Part shown: positions 37,090 to 46,818 of the stretch, piece after piece
Layout of the letters: each line of letters begins with the position of its first letter
Numbering within the stretch: position 1 is the stretch's first letter
From: an uncultured Clostridiaceae bacterium
GTDB lineage: Bacteria; Bacillota; Clostridia; TANB77; CAG-465
Direction of reading: 5' to 3'
Assembly (NCBI GenBank): GCA_947169155.1
Contig: CAMVON010000003.1
Span: 5,910-69,909 of the forward strand
Length of the DNA: 64,000 nucleotides
Translations under genes and position numbers: made by a program
The notes under the pieces: generated by a model
Database searches by the model: none
Told to the model about the DNA's origin: nothing
What the model saw: only the letters and a program-made list of their open reading frames with translations

Positions 37090-39714
37090 CTATTGATTGT
37101 TTAATTCATTTAATCTTTCATCTATTTTTTCAATCATTTCAGTATATTTTGTAACTTTTTCTTTTTCACCTTCGATTAATTTTTCTGGTGCTTTAGATAC
37201 GAATTTTTCATTTGAAAGCATACCTTGAGCTCTCTTTAATTCGCTTTGTGCAGTTTCTTTTTCTTTTGTAAGTCTTTCAATTTCTGCAGCAATATCTACT
37301 AAATCATTAAATGGTATATATAGTTCAAGGTCTTGTGCAATGATTGAAATAGCGTTAGAATCAATTCCATCTTTTGTGTCTTGAATTTTAATCTCATTTG
37401 CAAATCCTAATTTTTCTAAGAATGCTTTACTTTCTTCAATTAAATCATTATATTTAGTAGTTACAAAGATTAATTCAGATTTTTTAGATGGATGAACATT
37501 CATATTATTTCTAATATTTCTAATTCCAACTATTAATTCTTTTAACATCTCAATTTGAGCTTCTTCGTCTTCAAATGCAAATTCATCTGTATATTCTGGG
37601 AAAGCTGTAATCATAATAGATTCTTCAGTATTTGGAAGCTCTTTATAGATTTCCTCAGTTACAAATGGCATTATTGGATGAAGCATTTTTAAGCTGTTTA
37701 TTAATACTGTATAAAGTGTGAATTGTGCTTCTGCTCTTGTTGTACAATTCTCATCATATAATCTTGGTTTAACAAGCTCAATGTACCAGTCACAGAACTC
37801 ATTCCAAATGAAGTCATAAATTCTTTGGCAAGCAACACCTAAATCATAATTATCCACATTTTGAGTGATTTCTTTTGCTAGTGTGTTAGTTTTAGATAAT
37901 ATCCATTTATCTTCAGCACATAGTTTAGATTTATCATAATCACCAGTAAATCCTTCAAGATTCATTAGGACAAATTTAGATGCATTCCATAGTTTGTTTG
38001 CAAAGTTTGAACCTTGTTCAACTTTTGCAGGAATATATCTAATGTCATTACCAAAAGTAATACCAAGAATTAATGAAAATCTCAATGCGTCTGTACCATA
38101 TTCTGCTATAACGTCTAGTGGGTCAACTCCATTTCCAAGAGTTTTACTCATTTTTCTTCCTTGGTCATCTCTAACCATACCATGGATAATAACGTCAGAG
38201 AATGGCTTTTTACCTAGATATTCAAGACCACTAAATATCATTCTAGATACCCATAGAGGTATAATTTCATATCCAGTAACAAGTGTATTTGTTGGATAGA
38301 ATGTTTTTAAATCCTCTGTTTCATTTGGCCAACCTAATGTTGAGAAAGGCCATAAAGCAGAAGAGAACCAAGTATCTAGTGTATCTGGGTCTTGTGTTAA
38401 ATGTTCACATCCACACTTACTACATTTTTCTGGCATAGTTGCTCCAACATGAATTTCACCACAATTATCACAATAGTAAGCTGGAATTCTGTGTCCCCAA
38501 TATAATTGTCTAGAAATACACCAATCTTGAATGTTTTCCATCCAATTGAAATATGTTTTATCATATTTATTTGGTATAAATCTTGTATCGCCATTTCTTA
38601 CACATTCAATAGCTGGTTTAGCAAGTTCACTCATTTTAACAAACCATTGATCTGAAATATATGGTTCAATTGTTGTTTTACATCTTTCACATTTTGCTAC
38701 ATTATGTGTATAATCTTCTATTTTTAATAGATATCCTTGCTTATCTAGTAGATCTACTATGATGTCTCTGGCTTCCATAGTTGTTTTTCCTTCAACTTCT
38801 GGAATTAAAGGATGCATCATTAAATCATCTGTAAATACTTCTACAAATTCTAGATTATTTTTAATACCAGATTGATAGTCGTTTGGATCGTGGCAAGGAG
38901 TAAGTTTAACACATCCTGTACCAAATTCCATTTCAACGAATGGATCAGCTACAATTGGTATTTCTTTGTTCATTAATGGTAGAGTACAAGTTTTACCAAT
39001 TAAGTGTTTGAATCTATCATCTTTAGGGTTTACTGCAACACCAGTATCTCCAAGCATTGTTTCAGGTCTTGTTGTTGCAACTGTTAAGTATTCATCGCTT
39101 CCAGTAATTGGGTATTTAATATACCATAAATGTGAAGCTTCTTCTTTATATTCAACTTCAGCATCTGAAATACTTGTTTTACAATTTGGACACCAGTTAA
39201 TCATTCTTTTGCCTTTGTATATGTATCCTTTATTATATAATCTTAGGAATACTTCTTGTACAGCATTAGATAGTCCTTCATCTAAAGTAAATCTACTTCT
39301 AGACCAGTCACAAGAGCAACCAAGTTTTCTTTGTTGTTTTTGAATTGTTCCACCATATAGTCTTGTCCAAACCCAAGCTTTTTCTAAGAATTCTTCACGA
39401 GTTAAATCACTCTTTTTAATTCCTTGTTCCCTTAAACTTTGAACAACTTTCATTTCTGTAGATATAGCTGCATGATCAGTACCAGGAAGCCATAAAGTAT
39501 TAAAGCCTTTCATTCTTTTATATCTAATTAGGAAATCTTGAATAGCAGCATCTAGTGCATGTCCCATATGAAGTTTTCCTGTTACATTTGGAGGAGGCAT
39601 CATTATACAATAGCTTTCACGGCTTTTGTCCATACTTGGTTTAAAGTATCCTTTTTCCTCCCAATTTGAATAAATTTTATCTTCTCTTTCTTTAAAATTA
39701 AAATTACTTTCCAT
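37090..39714 (-). CDS. valS: valyl-tRNA synthetase
   Basis: PPPNVTGKLHMGHA (HIGH), KMSKTLGN (KMSKS), editing-domain and C-terminal coiled coil; 874 aa. Confidence 0.9.
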   Translation of the reverse strand: MESNFNFKEREDKIYSNWEEKGYFKPSMDKSRESYCIMMPPPNVTGKLHMGHALDAAIQDFLIRYKRMKGFNTLWLPGTDHAAISTEMKVVQSLREQGIKKSDLTREEFLEKAWVWTRLYGGTIQKQQRKLGCSCDWSRSRFTLDEGLSNAVQEVFLRLYNKGYIYKGKRMINWCPNCKTSISDAEVEYKEEASHLWYIKYPITGSDEYLTVATTRPETMLGDTGVAVNPKDDRFKHLIGKTCTLPLMNKEIPIVADPFVEMEFGTGCVKLTPCHDPNDYQSGIKNNLEFVEVFTDDLMMHPLIPEVEGKTTMEARDIIVDLLDKQGYLLKIEDYTHNVAKCERCKTTIEPYISDQWFVKMSELAKPAIECVRNGDTRFIPNKYDKTYFNWMENIQDWCISRQLYWGHRIPAYYCDNCGEIHVGATMPEKCSKCGCEHLTQDPDTLDTWFSSALWPFSTLGWPNETEDLKTFYPTNTLVTGYEIIPLWVSRMIFSGLEYLGKKPFSDVIIHGMVRDDQGRKMSKTLGNGVDPLDVIAEYGTDALRFSLILGITFGNDIRYIPAKVEQGSNFANKLWNASKFVLMNLEGFTGDYDKSKLCAEDKWILSKTNTLAKEITQNVDNYDLGVACQRIYDFIWNEFCDWYIELVKPRLYDENCTTRAEAQFTLYTVLINSLKMLHPIMPFVTEEIYKELPNTEESIMITAFPEYTDEFAFEDEEAQIEMLKELIVGIRNIRNNMNVHPSKKSELIFVTTKYNDLIEESKAFLEKLGFANEIKIQDTKDGIDSNAISIIAQDLELYIPFNDLVDIAAEIERLTKEKETAQSELKRAQGMLSNEKFVSKAPEKLIEGEKEKVTKYTEMIEKIDERLNELNNQ

Positions 39715-39738
39715 TATATTATCTCCTTTTCATTAAAA

Positions 39739-39936
39739 TTATCTAATTAACAAGTATAAGCAAAATAAAGAAATCATGCTCACGACGGAAGCTATAACCT
39801 TTATTTTTCCTACCATGTTATTTTCTAAATCATAGTTATTGTCTATACTTTTTATTACCCATCTTGCGTTTAACACAAAGACTATTGAAACTAAAAGACA
39901 GACGAGTGTAATAAATATTCCAAAATCTTTAAGCAT
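39739..39936 (-). CDS. small two-TM membrane protein located between the T-box leader and valS
   Basis: 65 aa; good RBS AAAGGAGATAAAGATT-ATG on the minus strand; hydrophobic throughout. Confidence 0.35.
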   Translation of the reverse strand: MLKDFGIFITLVCLLVSIVFVLNARWVIKSIDNNYDLENNMVGKIKVIASVVSMISLFCLYLLIR

Positions 39937-39970
39937 AATCTTTATCTCCTTTCAACTTAAAAATAATATA

Positions 39971-40230
39971 AAAAAACAGTCATTCTCCTTAAAACTTAAG
40001 GACGAATGACTGATAATTCGCGGTACCACCTTAATTCACAAACAAGTTGTGCACTTAATTAACAGATTTACCGACTGCAACGGAGCATACCTACACAAAA
40101 TTAATCTTCAATATGCCAGCTCGCAAGCTACCTTCAAATGTGTTTTTATAGAAGACCTTTCAGCCTGGTCGAGTCTTCCTCTCTAAATATAACCTTCATT
40201 TTACTCCTCTTGGTCATAGCTTTTGTATCA
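39971..40230 (-). promoter_or_regulatory. T-box riboswitch leader (tRNA-sensing) for valS
   Basis: Minus-strand AATTAAGGTGGTACCGCGAATT matches the T-box consensus AAUUAGGGUGGUACCGCG with one mismatch (plus coordinates 40015-40036). A terminator CAGTCATTC…GAATGACTG + U7 lies immediately downstream (39971-40012). A candidate promoter TTGAAT–17–TATACT is near 40226-40258. Confidence 0.7.
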
Positions 40231-40501
40231 ATATGTCATTAGTATAACATAATATTTTCCATAATTCAAGAAAAATTTCAAATATACTTGTATATTTTTT
40301 TTGTTTTAGATAAAATTTAAATGAAGAAGTGTTTTTTGTATAAAAAATGAAAAATAAACAAAAATATGTATTAAAAGAGCGTTATTTTGGTTTACATAAT
40401 TGAAAAATAACGTAAAATATGATATAATATTACATATAAAACGATAGAATAACAATGCAGAAAACAATAAAAAATTAATATTTGAAACGGAGGATAAGAA
40501 T

Positions 40502-40837
40502 ATGGAAGAAGATAAGGAAATGTTAAAACTTTTACATGATATTGAAGGTGGTAGAATTGGAGTTGAAGAAGTTGATGAAGAAACTGCAACAAGATTCCTT
40601 CAATTTATGAAAGAGCATATAAAAAATAAAATGGATGACATTAAGAGAATTAACAAAGAAATAGAAGAAGTAGAAGAAGAAACTGAAAGAGTTAATGCTG
40701 AAACAGCAGAAATTAACAAAGAGACAAGAAGAATAGAAGAAGAAAATGAAAAAGTAGATTCTCAATTAGTTGAAATGGAAAAAATAACAAAAGAATTCCA
40801 AGACAAAATTGAAAATATAACTGGAAACAATAATTAA
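40502..40837 (+). CDS. coiled-coil acidic small protein, paralog family A (copy 1)
   Basis: 111 aa; shares DEET..RF..FMKEHI.N.M..I with the ORF at 42026. Confidence 0.5.
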   Translation: MEEDKEMLKLLHDIEGGRIGVEEVDEETATRFLQFMKEHIKNKMDDIKRINKEIEEVEEETERVNAETAEINKETRRIEEENEKVDSQLVEMEKITKEFQDKIENITGNNN

Positions 40838-40860
40838 ATGTAGTAAAGGAGGAGATTAAA

Positions 40861-41802
40861 ATGGATGAGAAAAAATTATTAACAATCAAAAATTCAAAAG
40901 CTAGAGAGATGTTAGAAGCTATTGCAATTAACAAACAAACAGAAAACTTAAGAAAAAATAAGTTAGGTTTGTTTGACAGAGCAAAACAAATCTTAAATAG
41001 TGCAAGAAATGCAAAAGATAATGCTATAGTTAAGATGAAAGGTGCAATCTCAGATTTACAACTTAAACAAAAAGTTAAAGATAATGCAAAATCTATTTTA
41101 ATTGGTTCAACTGCATTTATAACTTTAACTGGAGGCATTATAGGATTTAATGCTCTACAACACAATGGACCAAGTCTTGAAGATGACGTTAAAGACAGAA
41201 CTGTACTTAGAGTAGATGATGGAAACAAAGAGACTGAAGCTCCAACAGAAGATGAAGTTAAAGAAGAAAATCATAAAGATCCAAATCAAAAAGTTACAAA
41301 AAATGGTACTGTAGACAAACATGGTAAATATACAAATGAAGATGGTACATTAAAAGATGAAATTAAAACTACAACAGAACATAATAAAGCTCCAGAAACT
41401 AAAACTGCAACTGGATCTAAAGAAAATACAATAAAAACTGAATCAAGCAAAGAATATGAAAAACAACAAGATGCTAAAATTCAAGCAGATAAAGATGCAG
41501 GAAAAAGTGTAGAAAGCTATTCTTCTACTGTAGAAATAGGTGGAAATAAAGTAACATACAATATTGAAGTTACAACAGATGCAAATGGTAAAAAAGATAC
41601 TTCAGTAACTAAGAAAGAAGAGCCAACAGCTCAAATTAGCAGCAAAGAAAATAAAGATTTATCTCAAGGTGAAGTTAAACAAGCTCAAGATGTAAATCAA
41701 GCAAAACAAAATATTGAACAAAAGAAAGAAGAAACAAAACCTGCACCACAACAAGAAGTTCAAGAAATGAGCGATGACGATTTAGCAGATTTATTCAAAT
41801 AA
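40861..41802 (+). CDS. membrane-anchored protein, paralog family B (copy 1)
   Basis: N-terminal coiled region, one TM (ILIGSTAFITLTGGIIGF), conserved KNGTVDKHGKYTNEDGTLKDEI box, acidic C-terminus EMSDDDLADLFK. Confidence 0.5.
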   Translation: MDEKKLLTIKNSKAREMLEAIAINKQTENLRKNKLGLFDRAKQILNSARNAKDNAIVKMKGAISDLQLKQKVKDNAKSILIGSTAFITLTGGIIGFNALQHNGPSLEDDVKDRTVLRVDDGNKETEAPTEDEVKEENHKDPNQKVTKNGTVDKHGKYTNEDGTLKDEIKTTTEHNKAPETKTATGSKENTIKTESSKEYEKQQDAKIQADKDAGKSVESYSSTVEIGGNKVTYNIEVTTDANGKKDTSVTKKEEPTAQISSKENKDLSQGEVKQAQDVNQAKQNIEQKKEETKPAPQQEVQEMSDDDLADLFK

Positions 41803-41817
41803 TAACTAACTAAATAG

Positions 41818-41850
41818 CCAAGTAGCTAAAAACTACTTGGTTATTTTTTT
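41818..41850 (+). terminator. rho-independent terminator (CCAAGTAG…CTACTTGG + T10)
   Basis: 8-bp stem then TTATTTTTTT; a near-identical terminator follows the second module at 43337-43370. Confidence 0.6.
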
Positions 41851-42025
41851 GCCAAATAAACTAGATTTTTAATGAAAGTAAACAAATTTAAACAAAATGG
41901 GTTTACATAATTGACAAGCTGTCTCAAAAGTGGTATAATTATATACGTGTTCAAAATTCGGGTGAACAAGAAAAAAATTATTAAATCTTAAGGAAAAATA
42001 AGTATTTAAACGGAGGATTTAGTAA

Positions 42026-42364
42026 ATGAAAAAATATGAAAATATGGAAAAATTATTAGAAGATCTTAAGTCTGGAGTAGTCAGAAGTATAGATCTAGAT
42101 GAAGAAACAGAATTGAGATTCATCATATTCATGAAAGAACATATAAGGAATAATATGGAAGAAATCGAAAACATGAATAAACAAATTCAAAAAACAGAAG
42201 AGGAGACAGCTCAAATCCTAGAAGAAACATCAAAAATGAATTTTCAAAATAAAGAGCTAAATTTAGAAAATGCAAAGCTAGATAAAGAGCTCATAAAACT
42301 AGCTTTAGCGACTGAAGATTATCAGAATAAAATTAATCAAATTAAAACTAACTTAAATAACTAA
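42026..42364 (+). CDS. coiled-coil acidic small protein, paralog family A (copy 2)
   Basis: 112 aa; paralog of 40502..40837. Confidence 0.5.
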   Translation: MKKYENMEKLLEDLKSGVVRSIDLDEETELRFIIFMKEHIRNNMEEIENMNKQIQKTEEETAQILEETSKMNFQNKELNLENAKLDKELIKLALATEDYQNKINQIKTNLNN

Positions 42365-42405
42365 TAGTACAAACATAATTAATGTAGTAGGAAATGAAGT
42401 AATAA

Positions 42406-43326
42406 ATGGAGGAAAGAAAAATGTCAAAGAAAAGAAATAATTATATTAGTAAAACAATCGAATTAGATAATCAAGTAAATCAAGTAAAAAGAGAAACTGA
42501 AAAGAAAGAATATGAGGCAAATGTAAAAAATATTGAAGCTAAAGCAAATAAAAAAGTTGCTCAAGCTGAAAATAAAGCAGCTAAAGAAACTAAAAAAGCT
42601 AAATCTCATAAGTTAAGAAATACTCTACTTACAATAACAGCCATCGGTATGTTAACAGGTGGAGCAATACTATACAATGGTAAAAACGATGTAAATGTTA
42701 GAAAAGATAATCCAGATGATTCAAGTATAGTTATAAAAGACGATGATAAAGACAAAGATACAAATACAATTGATCCTGGTAAAGTAATCACAGATTATGA
42801 CTATGTTAACAAAAACAAAGGTGGAAAAAGAACAAATAAAGGAACTTATGATGCTCATGGAAAATATACAGATTCAAATGGAAATTTAACAGATTCTATG
42901 AATCAATCACATGAGAATACAAATAATAAACCTCAAGCTAATTCTACAACTCAAGCTCCTGCAAACGTAGGAACTAAAGAAGGAGAAAAAAGCACTGAAG
43001 AGTATAATAATGAAACAAACAATAAAATAGACACTCAAGTACAAAATGGCGGTCAAAAACAAGAGATAGGTGGAGGAATAACTGTTGTAACAACTCCAGA
43101 TAATGAAAACACAACAAATAGTAATACAACTACAAAGCCTCAAACAGAAGATAAATCTAATGTTGATGCTAGGAATGTAACTCCAGATACATCTAGAAAA
43201 GTAACTGGAAATATAGTTGAAGCTCCATCAGACGAACCATCAGTTTCAGCAAGTTCTACAAGCACTCCAGAAAACAATGGAGTACAAGCAATGACAGACG
43301 AAGAACTTGAAGAATGGGCAAGATAA
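42406..43326 (+). CDS. membrane-anchored protein, paralog family B (copy 2)
   Basis: TM LLTITAIGMLTGGAILY, box TNKGTYDAHGKYTDSNGNLTDSM, C-terminus AMTDEELEEWAR. Confidence 0.5.
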   Translation: MEERKMSKKRNNYISKTIELDNQVNQVKRETEKKEYEANVKNIEAKANKKVAQAENKAAKETKKAKSHKLRNTLLTITAIGMLTGGAILYNGKNDVNVRKDNPDDSSIVIKDDDKDKDTNTIDPGKVITDYDYVNKNKGGKRTNKGTYDAHGKYTDSNGNLTDSMNQSHENTNNKPQANSTTQAPANVGTKEGEKSTEEYNNETNNKIDTQVQNGGQKQEIGGGITVVTTPDNENTTNSNTTTKPQTEDKSNVDARNVTPDTSRKVTGNIVEAPSDEPSVSASSTSTPENNGVQAMTDEELEEWAR

Positions 43327-43750
43327 AAATAGGATAACCAAGTAAAAATATCATTACTTGGTTATTTTTTTTACAAAAACTATATACTTTACATAAAATT
43401 TGTGATATAATAATGGTACCTAACATTTATGTTGTATCAATTTTGTGTACATGAATGGTATTTATAATTATGTAACTTTTTAGTTGCAAAATGCACTAAA
43501 TACTTGAAATTTACATAAAAATATGATATAATATAGGTGTAATAATATTGGTCGATATTTGAAGTTATTGCTTCGAATGAGTTAAGTGTAAAATATAATG
43601 TCTAGAGAAATCTAGAGTTTTGTCCGTTATAACACGTTTGCTTATTCTGCATGACTTCATTTTTTTGTACTCAATATTGTTATAGGTTTGGACGTTAAGA
43701 CGTTCAATATTCCATAAATTTAAAATAATAGGAAAGGAAGGAGAATAATT

Positions 43751-45097
43751 ATGGAAAAAAGTAACAATCAATTAAGTAACACCCAGAGAGGAGGTATGTT
43801 AGAAACATTATTCTTATGTTTAGCTCCAATGCTATTCTGGATCATAGTTAAAGAAGTGCTATGCACGGGATTGTTCATCACTTTGTTGATGGTAATCAAA
43901 TATGCTATGTTAAAGAAAGCTAACGCAAAACAAAGAGGATTAGTTCCTAGCAAATACTTCTACATTACATTTGGAGGTCTAACAGCTGTAATAGTTGCTA
44001 TTATGGGTTACCATATGGTATTCTGTCACAATGTTAAGACTGAAGATAACGTAAACAAAGAACCTGAAACAGTTGAATCTGTTCCAGAAGAACAAAAAGA
44101 AGAAGTTAAAGCAGATGACAAAACTGAAGAAACTTCAAACCAAAAAGACCCAAATGGTCGCAAAGTTGCTGGTTCAAGAACTTGGGATGCACATGGTGCA
44201 TACACAAATCCTGACGGAACTTTGAAAGATGCAATCGTGGCTAAGAAAGAAGCTAACGATCCAACAAAATCAGCTCCAAAAGCTGAAACAACTACTGGTA
44301 AGACAGAAAACACAATCGTTGACAATTCAAATGCGAAAGCAGATGAAAAAACAGAGAAAATTATCGAAGAGGCTAGAAAAGATGATACTAAGAAAGTTGA
44401 AGACTATAAGAACGACATCGTAGTTATCACTACTCCAGCTACTGAAGATAAAAAGGTTGAAGAACCAAAATCTGTTGATCCTGCAAAGGATATTAAAGTT
44501 GACGAAAACGAAGTAAAGGACATTCCTTCTAACGAAAACAAAGTTGAAGAAACAACTATCTCAGAAGTATCTGAAGAAGACGACAAAGTCGTTGAAATGG
44601 ATAAAGATGAATTAGCTGAAGTATTCAAAAATGTTAAGAAAGAAGAAAAGTCTGAAAAAACTGCACCTAAAACTGAAGAACCAAAAGAAGAAGTTAAAGA
44701 AGATGTTGAAACTAAAACAGACGCTGTTGTTAAAACAGAAGAAGTAGTAGAAGAAACAATCGTTAACGAAGAAGCTAAAGGTAATGTTAAAGTTGAAGAA
44801 GCAGTTGAGGTAAAAACTGAAACACCTGTTGTTGAAGAAAAAGTTGAAGTTAAAAGTGTAGAAGCAGTAAAAGTTACAGCTATTGATGGTTATAATGCTA
44901 CTGTTGGAAGCACAATTCAATTTAAAGTATCAGGAGACGACGTTAAAATCGATGGATTAGACGGAATCAACTATACATTCAACAATGGAATACTTAGTGT
45001 AAACACTGGATCTGAAGCTACTGTATTAACAGTTGAAGCATCAAACTCAGTAAACACAGTTTCATTTGACATCACAATCAATGGAATTGCTCAATAA
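43751..45097 (+). CDS. membrane protein, paralog family B (copy 3, extended)
   Basis: Two to three TM helices, box RKVAGSRTWDAHGAYTNPDGTLKDAI, EMDKDELAEVFK, then a long K/E/V-rich extension and a beta-rich C-terminal ~90 aa. Confidence 0.5.
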   Translation: MEKSNNQLSNTQRGGMLETLFLCLAPMLFWIIVKEVLCTGLFITLLMVIKYAMLKKANAKQRGLVPSKYFYITFGGLTAVIVAIMGYHMVFCHNVKTEDNVNKEPETVESVPEEQKEEVKADDKTEETSNQKDPNGRKVAGSRTWDAHGAYTNPDGTLKDAIVAKKEANDPTKSAPKAETTTGKTENTIVDNSNAKADEKTEKIIEEARKDDTKKVEDYKNDIVVITTPATEDKKVEEPKSVDPAKDIKVDENEVKDIPSNENKVEETTISEVSEEDDKVVEMDKDELAEVFKNVKKEEKSEKTAPKTEEPKEEVKEDVETKTDAVVKTEEVVEETIVNEEAKGNVKVEEAVEVKTETPVVEEKVEVKSVEAVKVTAIDGYNATVGSTIQFKVSGDDVKIDGLDGINYTFNNGILSVNTGSEATVLTVEASNSVNTVSFDITINGIAQ

Positions 45098-45689
45098 GCT
45101 AAGTATATTTTCTGAGTTACCATACAACAAGATGTTTAAATAATAAGGTTTGGCAAAGAAAGCGTACTTGATTAGTTTTATGATTGGTATAAAGTTTTTT
45201 AGCATCAGAAAAAAACAAATCAGTACACAATAAAAGAATCAGTTTTTGTACGAAACGTGGTTGAATAATAAAAAGGAGTCTTGATTTTATTAATTTTATG
45301 AAAGTTATCGGAAACTCGCTAGAGTTCTTATAATGGAAGTGAATTAATAAAATATACACGTTTGGGGGCAACAAAGCTTATTAAATTCTATGTTGAATTT
45401 TTTAAGACTGACTTTACATCCTAAGAGATACATTGATACTGACTCATGAAGGAGAAAAACCCAATGGACACTTGTCCAGTACGCTTCTTTATTTATTATT
45501 TATTCGGACACTATCCAAGTTATTTAGGTAACGGGGGAAATATTGTGTTAAAGTTTTAATACAATATTTTTTTTGCCTTTTTTATGGTAAATACAACTAT
45601 TTTTCTTAAAAAAAGCAAAAAATAGGCTATCCCCGAAGGGATAGCTTGAAAAAAAATTATTAAAAAGGATTATTTTAACCACAAGGGTT

Positions 45690-45760
45690 AAAACAAGTAG
45701 ATCAGATTCGAACTGACACACCGGCATTGCCGAGCTCTTCCATTGAGCTTACTACACTTA
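45690..45760 (-). ncRNA. degenerate tRNA-like element (pseudo-tRNA) followed by a minus-strand terminator
   Basis: Minus-strand GCTC-AATGGAA-GAGC D arm and GTCAG-TTCGAAT-CTGAT T arm, but the anticodon arm collapses to a CGGCA-A-TGCCG palindrome and the acceptor pairs poorly. Terminator AGCTATCCC-ttcg-GGGATAGCT + T-run lies at 45618-45650 (minus). Confidence 0.3.
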
Positions 45761-45831
45761 TATTATAACATTAATTATTTCAAAATTCAAGTGTATTGTA
45801 TAATGTGGTATAATATTTCAAGGAGAATAAA

Positions 45832-46728
45832 ATGGAAAGATATAATAATTGTAAAATATGCCCACGTGAATGTGGTATAGATAGAACAAAACATAAAGGA
45901 ATATGTGGTGCAACAGACAAACTTAAAGTAGCTCTTGTTTCAACACACAATTTTGAGGAGCCATGTATTAGTGGTAAAGAAGGCTCAGGAACAATATTTT
46001 TTTCTAACTGTAATTTAAGATGTGTATACTGCCAAAACTATGAAATATCTAGAGATGGCTTTGGAAAAGAAATAACTATTGAACGCTTGGCAGATATAAT
46101 GATAGAACAACAAGAAAGAGGAGTAAACAATATAAATTTAGTTACGCCAACAATGTATATAGATAGTATAATTGAAGCAATTAAAATTGCCAAATCTAAA
46201 GGTTTATACATTCCAATAGTATATAACTCTAGTGGTTATGAAAAAAGTGAAACAATAGAAAAATTAAAAGGATACATAGATATATATTTACCAGACTTTA
46301 AATATGCAACAGATAGACTTGCAAAAAGATATTCAGGAATAGATAACTATGTAATAAATGCCAAAGAATCAATTGCTAAAATGATTATGCAAGTTGGAAA
46401 ACCTGTATTTAATGAAAAAGGAATACTAATATCTGGTGTAGTGATACGCCATATGATACTACCAAATAATGTTTTAAATACTAAATCTGTACTAAAATAT
46501 ATAGCAGATAATTTCAAAGATAAAGCATTAGTAAGTGTAATGGCACAATACTTTCCAACTGGAGATGCTATAAAAGACTATCCAGAGATAAATAGAAAGA
46601 TAACTAAAGAAGAACTTGAAGAAGTAGAAGATTACTTAAATGAATTAAATATAGAAAATGGATATATTCAAGAGCTTGGAGAACATGAAGAAGAATATGT
46701 TCCAAATTTTAATTTAGACAATGTATAG
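45832..46728 (+). CDS. radical SAM protein, PflX/COG1313-like (PFL-activase homolog)
   Basis: N-terminal CKICPRECG…GICG cluster and radical-SAM CNLRCVYCQN (Cx3Cx2C). Confidence 0.65.
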   Translation: MERYNNCKICPRECGIDRTKHKGICGATDKLKVALVSTHNFEEPCISGKEGSGTIFFSNCNLRCVYCQNYEISRDGFGKEITIERLADIMIEQQERGVNNINLVTPTMYIDSIIEAIKIAKSKGLYIPIVYNSSGYEKSETIEKLKGYIDIYLPDFKYATDRLAKRYSGIDNYVINAKESIAKMIMQVGKPVFNEKGILISGVVIRHMILPNNVLNTKSVLKYIADNFKDKALVSVMAQYFPTGDAIKDYPEINRKITKEELEEVEDYLNELNIENGYIQELGEHEEEYVPNFNLDNV

Positions 46729-46818
46729 TAGATGATATTAGTCATCTACTTTTTTTATTTATTTTCTATTATTGTTAAATTGAAGAAAATACTATATAAT
46801 TATCTTGGTGATTAAATT

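Noticed and set aside
40392-41228. Minus-strand ORFs across the paralog modules (also 42606..43143, 43768..44920, 45117..45374)
   Set aside because: Antisense to the A/B paralog genes or within promoter regions; poly-F/S/L translations.
45464-45559. 31-codon ORF (MDTCPVRFFIYYLFGHYPSYLGNGGNIVLKF) with a GGAG RBS
   Set aside because: Too short and unconserved-looking to call without expression or conservation data; it could equally be a non-coding leader.
45690-45760. Functional tRNA gene
   Set aside because: The anticodon arm cannot form a 5-bp stem with a 7-nt loop and the acceptor stem mispairs; called as a tRNA-like remnant only.
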